DNA of 61,182 bases, taken from positions 15,594,264-15,655,445 of the forward strand of contig NC_068984.1 of assembly GCF_001194135.2 (NCBI RefSeq), given 5' to 3'. The notes below the pieces were generated by a model. The model made no database searches. It was given only the letters and a program-made list of their open reading frames with translations, and was not told the DNA's origin. The stretch is from Octopus bimaculoides (taxonomy: Eukaryota). A program made the position numbers and the translations under genes. How positions within the stretch are numbered: position 1 is the stretch's first letter; every line of letters begins with the position of its first letter. Below, piece by piece: positions 11,653 to 25,100 of this stretch.

Positions 11653-14001
11653 GTAAGTTTGAAATAAAATTAATTCAGACATTACTTTAATGTAGCAAAA
11701 TAGATAATGCTATGATAGCTAGTAACTGCAATGTCTTGATTTCAGACAGTTGGTTTAATCTCAGTTTTAACAACTGAAAAACTTTGCTTGTCTCACAAAC
11801 TGTCACAGAACCATCCTGAATGAATGAATGGGAAGAGCATCTAGCCACAGAAGATCTGTTCCAATAAACTCTGTCTGACCCATGCAAGCATGAAAAAGTG
11901 GACCCTTGCAAGCATGGGAAACTGGACCCTTGCAAATATGAAACAATTTTTAACACAATGATGATGGTGATGATGATTTCACTATTAAGAAACAAATATA
12001 AAGCAGAATTGCTGATTATTTTTATTTCCTGTGTTGATAAAATGAGAAAAGCAGACATTCTAAAGCATTGGGGATGTTTTTTTATATTTCAAATATGTTT
12101 TTAAAACCTTACAAATTCCACTCACGGGACAATAAACTTATTTTCTTGTCATTAATTTGGTAGAAAAATTTGACAATACTTTTTAGAAACAACATGATCG
12201 TTGGATTGATCTGCATGTTACTTTGAGCAAGAAAACACTTGCCCAAGGTGATATGCTGTGTGGTGGGACTGAACTTGAAACCATATGCTGCAAAGTGAAC
12301 TGTTAATCACGCAGCCATGCCTGTGCTTATAGTGTAAGTCCACTTCTGGTTTAATTAACAACAGTGACTGGCCAATCAGGAATTTACTTATAAGCACCTC
12401 AGTCCATCGAGTTATAAAGAGGTACCATGATTGTAAGCAAAGTGCAGTAGTGTAAAACTACTGTTGTGAGTTCAGTCCTTCCTAAATGAGGTCTAGGGAT
12501 CGCATGGTTTCATCCTTATACCCAGATGTACCATGTTAGTGGGCATCATATCTGACCTTCTGACATGATCGTTGTTATTGTTGTATTCACTCAAATAAAC
12601 TCTTACCAGGCAAACCTAAGAACAAAGGCATTCCAGTTGTGACCATCCTGCTTTTTCTTTTCTTTTTTCTTTTCTTTTTTTTCTTTTTCCACAGGCAGAG
12701 TAAATGTGCATGGCTTAGTGATTAGGATGTTGCATTCATGATCTCAAGGTTGTGAGTTTGATTCCTGGACTGGGTGGAGCATTGTGTTCTTGAGCAAAAC
12801 ACTTCATTTCACATTGCTTCAGTCCACTCAGCTGTAAATGAATTGTAATCTTGCAATGGGCTAGCGACCTCAGGGGGGGAATGTTGTAATTTTGGTTACT
12901 TAGATGCCAGCTCTGTGAGTCCTAGGACTTAAGACAGTAATGTACAGGAGTTAATGGTGATGATGATAGTGTATTCATAACAACATTGTCTAATATGTTC
13001 TAAGTTGGCAGGGCATAATTTGATAGAGATTTAGTTGCTATTTCCTGCTGGTTGAATGACCATATAGAGGCTCATAGAGGAAAGGAGAGGTTTTAGTTTT
13101 AATATTGGCTAACAATGGTTATGCAGTGGCAACAATGGACTCAATGCCTAACAGTATTACATTTTTCTCCTATGTTTGAAGTTCAAATTCTTTTCAGGGC
13201 TTGATAAAATAAATATCAATCATTTACTGGGGTTAATTCAATTGATAATACCATTCCTCTTTAAATTTGTAACATATTTCCAATAGCAGAAACCATTGAA
13301 AACAACCATTATTCTTATAGCATTAATATCATTGCTTGAGTGTGTATATGTGTGTGTGTATGTATGTGTGTGTGTGGAAATTTCCATAGTAGATTTTGGA
13401 TTCCATTTATCACTGAACAATGAAAAGAATGATGTCACCCTAACAAAACAGCTGATTAGATAAGCTCTTTTACAGTGTCATGAATTCTAACTTTCTAATC
13501 CGCGGCCACATTTATTTGCGTTATCTTGTTATCTTCTGTTTCTGGACAGCATGCGTATTAACTATTGTTTTCTTTCAAACTCTTTATAATAATATAGCAC
13601 TTGACCTCTGGACTATTACCCCTAGGTTTCTTTTAATCAGAATCCAATTTGGATTGTTTAGGGGATGAACATAACCAATAGTAGTATTTAAAAAGTTGAC
13701 TCTTGAAAATGCTATCAAAATATCCTCATAAGTCACTGCTTTTGCTATAATGTCTTTTATCTCTCCGCTCTCTTCCCCCACCACCTTGTCCCCTTCTAAC
13801 TATGGCCTGTCTTCATCACAAGGTTTGTCTGACTTTAAAAATAAAACTTGACAGACAAAGCTGTTATGGGACTACACTACATTATGGTTGTGAAACTTGG
13901 ACAGTCATAGGCACAGGAGTGGCTGTGTGGTAAGAAGCTTGCTTCCCAACCACATGGTTCTGGGTTCAGTCCCACTGCATGACACCTCTGAAAGAAGCCC
14001 G

Positions 14002-14055
<54 letters not shown>

Positions 14056-17000
14056 GTACATGAATATATTTGTGTGTCTGTATTTGTCCCCCCACCATTG
14101 CTTGACAACTGATGTTGGTGTGTATATGTCCCCGTAACTTAACAGTTTGACAAAAGAGACCAATAGAATAAGTACTAGGCTTAGAAAGAAAATGTCTTGG
14201 AGTCAATTTGCTTGACTAATGGCAGTACTCCAGCATGGCTGCTGACAAATGACTGAAACTAGTAAAAGAATAATAAAAGAAGAAAAGTTTACCAAAGGCA
14301 TACCAAAAAGCTCAACCACTTTCACCCAACAATTCTTGTGGACAATTCTTCAGGTGACAGGATAAAATTCCCAATACATTTGTGCTTAAAAGAATTAATA
14401 TGTCAAGCTTGTATGCTTTTCTAAGCAAATTCTAACTGTAGTGGAGTGGACATATAGTGTGCATACCTGATGCCAGATTCCCGAAACAAATCATTGGTGA
14501 AGTAGCAGTTGAGTCTGAGTCATGTGGTGGACGAAAGAAGAGATACAAAAACGTGTTCAAGATGACATTGAAAAAGTGTAACTGAGAGCAGTCTACTTGG
14601 GAACATCTTGTTCAAGATGGCTCACTGTGGTGTAGTACTGTGTACTCTGCAGTACAATGCTCTGAATGAGAAATGGTTAGAGAAGTCAAAGAGTGGAGGG
14701 CTGCATGGGAAGCAAGATTCCCACTGAGTCCCGACTCTGCTATTATGTGCCCCCATTGTAACCATGGATTTCTTGCTGAAATTGGCACAGTAAGCTGCCT
14801 CAAGATCTGAAAAGTGTAAAACTGATGACCTGGTCATCTTCAGAGCCATGAAAGATCCACAAAGATCAAAACATAATAATATAACATTTTAAGATACACA
14901 AAGATCAGAGCTTAACTGCAGCTTTTGATGGTCCTAAGCAGATATGTAATCTTATGTGGGTGTCTTTTCAAAACATTGTCTGGTTTAAGAAGCTACACCA
15001 GACACCATGATAGATCTGAGGTGCAAGTACAAGAGGTGGTCAGACTACTCTGCATAGGGAGTAAACAACAACCACACATGCATCCACACATGCATCCACA
15101 CATGCAACCAGATGCCTCCATATTTTTTTATTGAGAATATCACTTTGTACATCACAGTGAGAGATTGTGTTGCTTAATAACACATTTCAGTAATGTACAA
15201 CTCATTCTGCATGTTTCTATTATTGTAATTATTTTTGTGGACTTATCACTGAATCACCAGATGATGAATATCTTATAACTAGCATTATGTCGCAGCTGAT
15301 AAGACCCAACTAGGTCAAAACCAAGGTGCTTTGGCTGTTAAACATGTATACTCTCTCTGGGATTTAACTCCTAAATTATTTTAAAACAAGGCTTGAATAT
15401 GTTTTCTTAAGTCTTTAGCATTCATATTTTTCTAGCAAATGTAATGCATATATTCACGTTGTTTTGAATTAATCATGCACTATCTTGTAACTTCAAGATT
15501 TCAATGTTGTGATTGTCTGTGTTTACAATGACATTGTAGGGTAGGTGTGAGAGGGCAGATCTGGCCAGTTTGAACATAAAACTAGTAGAATATTTTGGCT
15601 GGATATGGCTGATTTAAATTCTAAAAGGTTAAGCTTTACTTCCGGATATTGTTAAAGGGTTTCACTGGTATTATATTTATGATATTGTATAAATATTGGG
15701 GTGCAGTTATGCTTTTGTGGTTTAAGAAGTTTGCTTCACAATCATGTTTATTTGAGTTTGATACCACTGAAGGGCAAATATCTTCTACTTATAGTCTCAG
15801 GTTGACTAATGCTTCGTGAATGAAATCTAGTAAATAGAAACTGTGTGGAAGCTTGCTGTGTACTCTTGTATTGTGTTTTTGTCTCTTCATGTGTTTGCAT
15901 GTCATCACTTATGCAGTGGTGATAGTTATGCCCTACATAGAAAATATGTCCTGCAATTTGGAACTTTGATGTACAATGCCTAGTGGAATAAAGTACTTTA
16001 CTTGAAAACAAGAGCTGGCATCAAGATGGATAGCCAACCTGTCCAATTCAGACCCAGGATGGAAAAAGTAGACCTTAAAACAATGATCATATCATCATCA
16101 TCATCGTCATCATCATTTAACGTCCATATTCCATGCTGGTATGAGTTGGATGGTTTAATAGTATCCAATGGGTCCAAAGACTGTGTCATGCTCCAATGTC
16201 AGTTTTGGTATGATTTCTATGGCTGGATGCCCTTCCTAAGACCAAACACTTTACAGTGTGTACAGGGTAAATTTTTTTCAAATCACCAGCACTAGTGAAT
16301 TCATCACTCAGCTTTGAACAATAAATAATTACTATAAAATATTACTACTATTACAGGTAAGTTATGCCTGTGGTTCTTTGTACTCTTGACTTTGTGATTT
16401 ATTGGATATCAATCAAATATATAATTACTGGAGCATCTTGCATGGAAAGTTAAAAATGAAAGTTACAATTTGGAGTTAAAAATTTAGTAAAAAATAGTGG
16501 AAACTTTTGTGTACTTTATTAATCTTCATCATTTTAATGTCCATTTTTCCAGTCTTGCCTGGGTGGAATTTATTGAGATAGATTTTCTACAACTGAGAAC
16601 CTTGTTGCCAATCTAACTAATATTGGTCGGACATGTTTCATAGAAATATTCATATTGGAAATGAATAATGTTCATTTATAATAATAATGCGATATCTAGA
16701 CAAGGAGACACAGGCATACATTCATACTTAAATACACATACATGTATTTATATACATGACCTCGGCAGAATTTCAACTCAGAACGTAAAGATAGACAAAA
16801 TACCACTAAGCATTTCCCCTGGCATGCTAACGTTTCTGCCAGCTCAATAATATTGAGTTATATTTATTTAATTATACAGAACTAAATTGCGCAAGGACTG
16901 CAACTGTGTGAAAAGAACATTTTCACAGTCTTTCACAGTAATAAAATATTGGATTAGCTAATTTGGATTGCAAGATTCTTTATGTGAAATCATGTTGGAA

Positions 17001-18881
17001 CAAGTTTTGTCGTGTCTTGGGAGATTCATTTTGCTAACAATAGTAACACATGCACAGGTTCAATCCTACTTTTTTATTATTAGTCAATTGGTAAGATATC
17101 TAATCAACTAATTGATTGTTTCAGGTCACTGGAAAGGTTGTGAATAGCAACGAAAGAACTTTGGTGGACAAACATATTCAACATATTAAACAAATGATTG
17201 ATTAGTTGATTAGATATCTAACCAAGTGAATAATAATAAAGAAGTGAAATCGAACCTGTGTGTGTGTTATTATTGATGTAATGACCCTCCCAAAATACAA
17301 CAAAATTGGATTAGCTGTTGTTTAATCCTAAGTCAACACTGATTGTGCAAACTTATTATCAAATGCATTCCAGCCATGACCATCTAGTATTTTTAAGGAT
17401 ATCTAAGATTTCATTATCTCATGTGTCTTTCCACTCTTTTTAAGATGGTCAGTGGGATTTCATGGAGATTTGGTTGCTGGTTCTAATAGTTTGACCAATC
17501 ATATAGAAGTTCTTTTTTTTTTTTTTTTTTTTTGAATTGCATTGCATAAATATTCATTGATAGGTGCTGGCATGGCTGATGGTTATAAAGTTCAATTCAC
17601 AACACGGTGGTTTTAGGTTCAGTCCTACTGCATGGCATCTTGGACAAGTGCCTTCTACTATAATCTCAGGCCAACCAATGCTTTGTGGAAAGAGCTGGTA
17701 GATGGAAACTTGTTAGTTATGTGTGTGTGTGTGTTTGAATGTTCATTCTCTATGTCCTCATTAACATTGTCAGAACATAAAATAGTGATATTATTTACAT
17801 TTTCCTAAGGTGGCAAATTGGTGGAATCATGAACACACCAGCCAAAAACGCTTAGCAGCATTTCATCCATCTTTACGTTCTGAGTTCAAATTCCACTGAG
17901 GTCATCTTTGCCATTCATCCTTTTGGGGTTCATAAAATATGAAACAGTTGAGAACTGAGGGTCAGTCTAATTGACTTCCCCACCCCTCAAAATTGCTGGC
18001 CTTGTACCAAAATAAAGAAGAATTATTTACATTCTCATAGTTCCACAGCTGTGTGGGAGCCAGTAGAATGGAAAATATCTTAGGTAGAAACAAGTGGGTG
18101 TTAGTGACAAGAGTAGTGTCTAACATCAAAAACTTACTTTGAATAAGTTTCATCTAACTCATGGCAGCATGGAAAATTGAAAGTAAAAAAAAGTGATGGT
18201 GGTGAGGTAAGAAATCAAACTTTTAGTATAAATATATGAATATCCGATTAAGCTATTTGTGAATTTGTATGAGAGGAATTACTTATGTAAAATATCTCTT
18301 ATGCTGCCACTGAAGTTCAACTACGCAAGATTCTGTGGCAATAATCTCCTGTAGCTACTGGAAATAGTATTATAAATATCAATTCTTGCTGGGACTGTTG
18401 TAGACATTTTCCCCTTGTGTCAGACTTTTGGAAGTTTTTCTTACTGGCAGTAACATCAGACTCAAGGTGCTTGAAGTCACTGATTTGGTGGAGTTGTGTG
18501 CCACTTTGGTTCAGCCATCTGGTTCGCCAGTCCTCAGTGAAATTGTCCAACCCATGCTAGCATGGAAAGCAGATGTTAAACAACGATGATGATGATGATG
18601 ATACATATGTACATATATATATATATATATATATCATCATCATCATCATCATCATCATCACCATCATCGTTTAACGTCCGCTTTCCATGCTAGCATGGGT
18701 TGGACGATTTGACTGAGGACTGGTGAAACCGGATGGCAACACCAGGCTCCAATCTGATTTGGCAGAGTTTCTACAGCTGGATGCCCTTCCTAACGCCAAC
18801 CACTCTGAGAGTGTAGTGGGTGCTTTTATGTGTCACCCGCACGAAGGCCAGTCACTGGCAACGGCCACGCTCAAACTGGTG

Positions 18882-18930
<49 letters not shown>

Positions 18931-19082
18931 TATATATCTATATATATATATATATNNNNNNNNNNNNNNNNNNNNNNNNNNNNNNNNNNNNNNNNNNNNN
19001 NNNNNNNNNNNNNNNNNNNNNNNNNNNNNNNNNNNNNNNNNNNNNNNNNNNNNNNNNNNNNNNNNNNNNNNNNNNNNNNNNN

Positions 19083-19135
<53 letters not shown>

Positions 19136-22100
19136 TATATATCTATATATATATATATATTATTGTATATATGTGTACATATATACATATATCTATATAT
19201 ACAAACATAAATGTACATATATATATATATGTATGTATGTATGTATGTGTGTTCGTGTGTCTGTGTTTGTCCCCCCCACCATTGCTTGATAACTGATGTT
19301 GGTGTGTTTACATCCCCGTAACATAGTGGTTCAGCAGAAGTGACTGATAGAATAAGTACTCGGCTTACAAAGAATAAGTCCTGGTGTCTATTTGTTTGAC
19401 AAAAGGTGATGCTCCAGAATAAAAGAAAAGAATATGTATATATATGATATATATTGATGATTAGTGTTCATTTGCTTATGCTCCTGTAACATAGCAGTTT
19501 GGCAAAAGGAACATTGAATAAGTTCCAGATGAAAAAAAAACCCAAAAGCCATAAGTACCAGGCTTGATTTGTTCAATCAAACCCCTTTGAGGTGGTGCTC
19601 CAGTATGGCTGCAGACTAATGACTGAAACAAGTAAAAGATAACAGATTAAAGATTATCTAATATAGACAACACTCTTTGCTTTTTTAAGAAAACGTTTTT
19701 TCATTTTCCAATTTGTGATTTTTATGATGTGTGTATAGATGGATAGGTTGTCTGGAGCCATCTAATGTGACTCTACTCAGAAGGCTGTAATATCATTTGA
19801 CAGGAAACCTGGTATAAAGAAATACATGGAACAAGGTGGTAACTTTAAATGTCTTTAATGCCTGCCACATGTATATATACACAAACTGAATGATAAATGG
19901 AAGTGGTTGATGGACATTTATTCTTATATCTACATGCATCTGCATGGGTTGTATGTTAGCTGTTANNNNNNNNNNTCCAGTCTGATTTGGCAGAGTTTCT
20001 ACAGCTGGATGCCCTTCCTGTATGTTAGCTGTTAACCCTGGTGAGGAAAGCTCACGAACAGTGCAGTGTGTTAGTGCTGTGTAGATGTTGACAACGTTGA
20101 TGAGAAGACATGATAGAGGTCACTGTAATGTGGTCAGTGGTTAGACCTTAGAAAGTCTGGAACCAACAGACCCTGAGATTAGGAAGAGGTGAGTTTTTAT
20201 AGCCAGTGGCAGGCTCAAATGGATTGTGGAACAGACTGTCTCATGTGATTCATCTGGAGGCTGCGATTGGTTAGGTTGCATATTGGCGTGCAATAGAGTA
20301 AGAGACAAATTGCGCCAATACCAACCAATCAGAGTGGTAGACACAATGGGGTCCAAAACAGCGCACAAAGGTTAGCTGTTACCTGATATGTTCGTATGTA
20401 TGTATATATAATAGAGAGAGGAAGTTCACTAGAGTTTTCTATATGTGTATTGTTTTTAGAATAGGCATTACAACCTCAAAAGGGATGGGAACAGGAAAAG
20501 CATCCAGCTATGAAACAACACTTTATAAAAAAACATCCAGTTTATGCCAGGATAGAAAAATGATTTCAGAATTATAGTAGCTGAGCTGCATGTTGGCTCT
20601 GACTGAGAAGACTTATGATAAAAAGAACTCCTGCCATGTCCTGTTTCTTTTTCTGGCATAGTATTTCTAGGGTTATATTGTTTAATGTATCCTTTTTTAA
20701 TCCTTTAGCATTTAAACTGGCCAGTTCCAAAATTTCAAACCTACTCTACCTACAATGTCATTCTAAAAAATAAACAATCACATCATTGCAATCTTGAAGC
20801 TGTGAGATAATGCATGATTAATTCAAAACAATGTGAATACAGAAGCATTACATTTGTCAGAATAAACTGAATGCTAAGGTTAAAGACAATAGGGGGAGTT
20901 GGCTGCTATTTCTGGCGTATCGAGGAGCCATATAACGTTCCCTTGTTATTATAGAGGGGAGATAAGCAAGAAATGTTAAGATAACGAGCAGACTTTGAAG
21001 AGATGACTAATGGTAACATATTAACATATAAAAGGAAGAGGAAGTGTTACTGATTCAATGAAGGGTCACAGAATTATGAGGTTAGATCTAAATTTAGTCT
21101 GCTTCTATTCATTAGGTTTAATTTTTGTTTTTTAACTAAAAATACATCCCCTAGTTTGATAAGGTGTAAATTAGCTTAGAATCTTATCAGTTATCTTTTA
21201 GTTGTTTTAGATCAGGGGTTCTCAACCATTTTTTAATCTATGGACCCCCTTTGATTACTATTTTATTCTGGTGGACCCCAACAGTTATTCCACATTTAAA
21301 AACTAGTTTTATAGAAACTTCTTTCAAAATTCTTATTTTGTTTTCCACACATTAATTTGTGTAGGTTGAACCGTGTAAAGTGTTGGAGAAAGAAACCTAG
21401 CTGCTTCTTGCAGTACATACCAATACACACATCTAGAGCAACTTTTTTTCAGGGACCCTTAAGATACTATTGTGAATCCCCAGTTTACTATTTTGTTGCG
21501 TGAACCCCGGTTGAGAACCATTGTTTTAGTCACAATGGTGACTAAAACATCATCTCCTTCGAAATAGTCACCTTGCTGCACAAGGTGATTAATTTGAAGG
21601 AGATGATGTTAAAACTGAGGTAAATAACTTATTTTTTATTAGACATAGCAAGTTTGGAACTTTCTGATACCACCTCATGTATGTATATATATATATATAT
21701 ATATATAAATTGAATTTGACTGGCACCCGTGCCAACGTCGTCTCCTTCATTGGACATGAAACTCAGCTTGCAATGACTTATTGGGGCAAGCGAATAGCGA
21801 AATCGGGATAGCACCTGTGCCCAGCGTCGCCTTTCTGGCACTTGTGCCCGTGACATGTGTAAGGATTTTCGAGCTATATCGTTGTCAGTGCCCCTGGACT
21901 GGCTCTTGTGCGGGTGGCACATAAAATACACCATTTTGAGTGTGGCCGTTGCTAGTACCGCCTGACTGGCCTTCGTGCGGGTGACATGTAAAAGCACCCA
22001 CTACACTCTCTGAGTGGTTGGCGTTAGGAAGGGCATCCAGCTGTAGAAACTCTGCCAGATCAGATTGGAGGCTGGTGTTGCCATCCGGTTTCACCAGTCC

Positions 22101-25100
22101 TCAGTCAAATCGTCCAACCCATGCTAGCATGGAAAGCGGATGTTAAACAATGATAATGATGATATATAGGAAGGGCATCCAGCTGTAGAAACTCTACCAG
22201 ATCAGATTGGAGTCTGGTGTAGCCATCTGGTTTGCCAGTCCCCAGTCAACCCATGCTAGCACGGAAAGTGGACGTTAAATGATGATGATGATGATATACA
22301 CACGCACACACACATATATATATATAGGAGTGGCTGTGTGGTAAGTAGTTTGCTTCCCAGCCACATGGTTCTGGGTTCAGTCCACTGCATGGAACCTTGG
22401 GCAAGTGTCTTCTACTATAGCCTCGAGTTGAGCAAAGCCTGGTGAGTGGATTTGGTAGACAGAAACTGAAAGAAGCCCGTCATATATATATCTAAGCCTG
22501 TTGTGTATATATGTGTGTGTGTGTGTGTGTGTGTCTGTGTTTATGTCCCTGTAACTTAGCAGTTCGGCAAAAGGTAGCCGATAGAATAAGTCTTGGGGTC
22601 AATTTGTTCGACTAAAGGTGGTGCTCCAGCATGGCTGCAGTCAAATGACTGAAACAAATAAAAGAAAAAATGTAGGAAAAAGAGATGACACAGAATAAAC
22701 AATGGCTGTGTTATGAACTTCATTAGCTTACAGCTGTTTTTCTGCTCTAAGATGCTGTGGGTTCTTAGTCGAGAGCCTGAATAATATCCTATAGCTTCAT
22801 TGGAGCCTCGAATATGAAGTGCAATTTATTTGGGAAAAAATGACTCACACTTATCCAATATACAGGGAAAGCATTACTAGTGAGAAAGTCTTTGTTGATG
22901 TAAATAAAAAAAGCGTGTCCAAAAGGCAATTACTGTACACCAGGTTATTAGTTTCATAATGCTTATGTGAAAGATATATATTATTAGAAAAGCTCTTTTT
23001 ATTCTTTTATTTGTTCCTGTCATTTGACTGCGGCCATGCTGAAGCACTGCCTTTAGTCGAACAAATTGACCCTGGGACTTATTCTTTGTAAGCCGAGTAC
23101 TTATTCTATCGTTTCTCTTTTGCTGAACCACTAAGTTACAGGAACGTAAACACACCAACGTTAGTTGTCAAGAGATGGTGGGGGGACAAACACACACGTA
23201 TATATATGATGGGCTTCTTTCAGTTTCCGTCTACCAAATCCACTCACAAGGCTTTGGTCGGCTCAAGGTTATAGTAGAAGACACTTGCCCTAGGTGCCAC
23301 ACAGTGGGATTGAACCTTGAACCATGTAATTGGCAAGCAAACTACTTACTACACAACCACTCCTGTCCCTTTTTATTCAGTTTTTCATATATATACACAC
23401 ACACATGATGGACTTCATTCAGTTTCCTTCTACCAAATCCACTCAGAGTTGGTCCAAGACACACTTGTTCGAGGTTCCAGGAGTGGGACAAAATCCAGAG
23501 CCATGTGATTGGGAAGTTAACTTCTTACTGTACAGCCATGTTGTAACAAATAAATTTGAATTTAATATGATAGTCTTAAAGCTTTTCAATACAAAACATA
23601 ACATAGAGTACCATTTCCCTTACACATACAAATTCCAGCCTAATTTAAAATTTTTATGAAACCTTCTATTCCAGACATTAGGTGTGACAACAACATCAAA
23701 GAATGAAGAAGTTATCAAGAACACACAGGTGGTTTTTATTGCAGTAAAACCTAAGGTTGTGTCTTGTCTACTGGATGAAATCCACCCTTTCGTTAGTTCT
23801 GACAAGTTAGTAGTGTCTATCGCTGCAGGAATCCGATTATCTTCTATTGAAGAGGTAAGTTAATTCTTTAATTACCTCCTCTTTATTAACCTATTGTTTC
23901 TGATTAAGTTTATTATGAATTGTGCTAATTTCTATTTAACCAATTAAGATTCATGTTAGATATTCTCATCTATGATCTTCCTTGCAAGTACAAAGATTCA
24001 AGATTAAAGGAAGTTGTCTACAATGTGTTTAGTTTTATAAAAGCATATTACTTCTTTGCTTCTAAGCAGATAAAGTTGCTTTATTGTATGTGTAGTTCTG
24101 ATATACGTATATGCATTATTTTACTATCAGGAAACACTAATATTTGTGAAAAGATGGAAAAATATATCGATATTCCAAACATTTTCTAAATTCAAATGAC
24201 ATGGAAAATAGTTTTGTCATTGTTTTGCTTTTATTTTACAACAAAAATGTGTTGGGGTGATTTTGGAAAATGTGAACATTTATATATTGCTAAGCAGTTT
24301 TCGCAGTTAGATGTGCTCTTTATATAACTAAATATTTCATCATTGAATATATTTATTTTAAGACATTTTTAGATGTACTACTGCTACTAGTGTGTATAGT
24401 AGACGGTAGGTCTCAAAATCCTAATCATCATCATTTAATGTCCATTTTCCAGGCTGTCATGGGTTGGGCAGTTTTAGCCAGACCTGGCAAGCTAGAACAG
24501 GTCTCTGTCTGATTTGATTTGGCTTTTATGGCTTGATGCCATTCTTAATGCCAAGTACTTTACAGAGTGTCTTGGATGCCTTCTACGTGGCACTGGCACA
24601 GGTGCTTTTTATGTGGCACCAGTGTGGGTGCTTTCTAAAATGCCCAATTGCTTGAAAGCCAATTGAATGATTGGATTGACATAAAATGTCTATTAAGGAA
24701 TAAAAATCTGAAAGTTGTTGAAGATAACCATTTGAAATCTAGGCAAGGCAGGGTCTCTGATCTGTTTGGGAGGATCCAAATAAGAGTTATACTCTGTGAC
24801 CTGTTCAACACATTCCAACATGGAAAAGTGGACATAAATTATGATAATGATGAATTAAACAGGAATAATACAGGGTGAATGTCTAATTACCAAGTATAAT
24901 ATTTTGAGAAAATATATTATTATTCCATTACTCTTTCCTTTTTAGTCTAATTGCTTTTTCCCCTTCTGTTCATATTGGATTTTTTGGTCTATATCTGTGA
25001 GGAGTAAGAAGTCAGTTACCTCTAGCAAAATATGGACAATGAATACTAAAAACACACACACACACTAGAAATTGCACACAATTAAATGCTTTAGAAATGA

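Noticed and set aside
12700-12780. tRNA-like A and B boxes (also 9806, 26460, 54100-54180)
   Set aside because: No complete cloverleaf; each continues into a SINE body.
13584-13784. Minus ORF with RNLGVIV, reminiscent of CR1-type RT (xDLGV)
   Set aside because: Single short motif; too weak to call without a search.
16290-16356. 67-nt pseudo-exon in PYCR intron ending at CAG|gtaagt
   Set aside because: Acceptor derives from a SINE fragment, very AT-rich, immediate stop; no supporting feature.
17560-17577. ATA GGT GCT GGC ATG GCT (IGAGMA) resembling the missing PYCR Rossmann motif
   Set aside because: Lies downstream of the exon it should precede, is the head of a family B SINE, and has no suitable splice sites.
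18723-19296. Long ORFs with YI/IY repeats (also 13877-14206, 57236-57553, 59519-60056)
   Set aside because: Translations of (AT)n microsatellites and N gaps.
21629-22094. Recurring ORFs [10 protein letters not shown]... and [12 protein letters not shown]... (also 18723, 27545-27869, 29148, 37485)
   Set aside because: Frames through non-coding family C retroposon copies; recurrence reflects the repeat, not a gene family.
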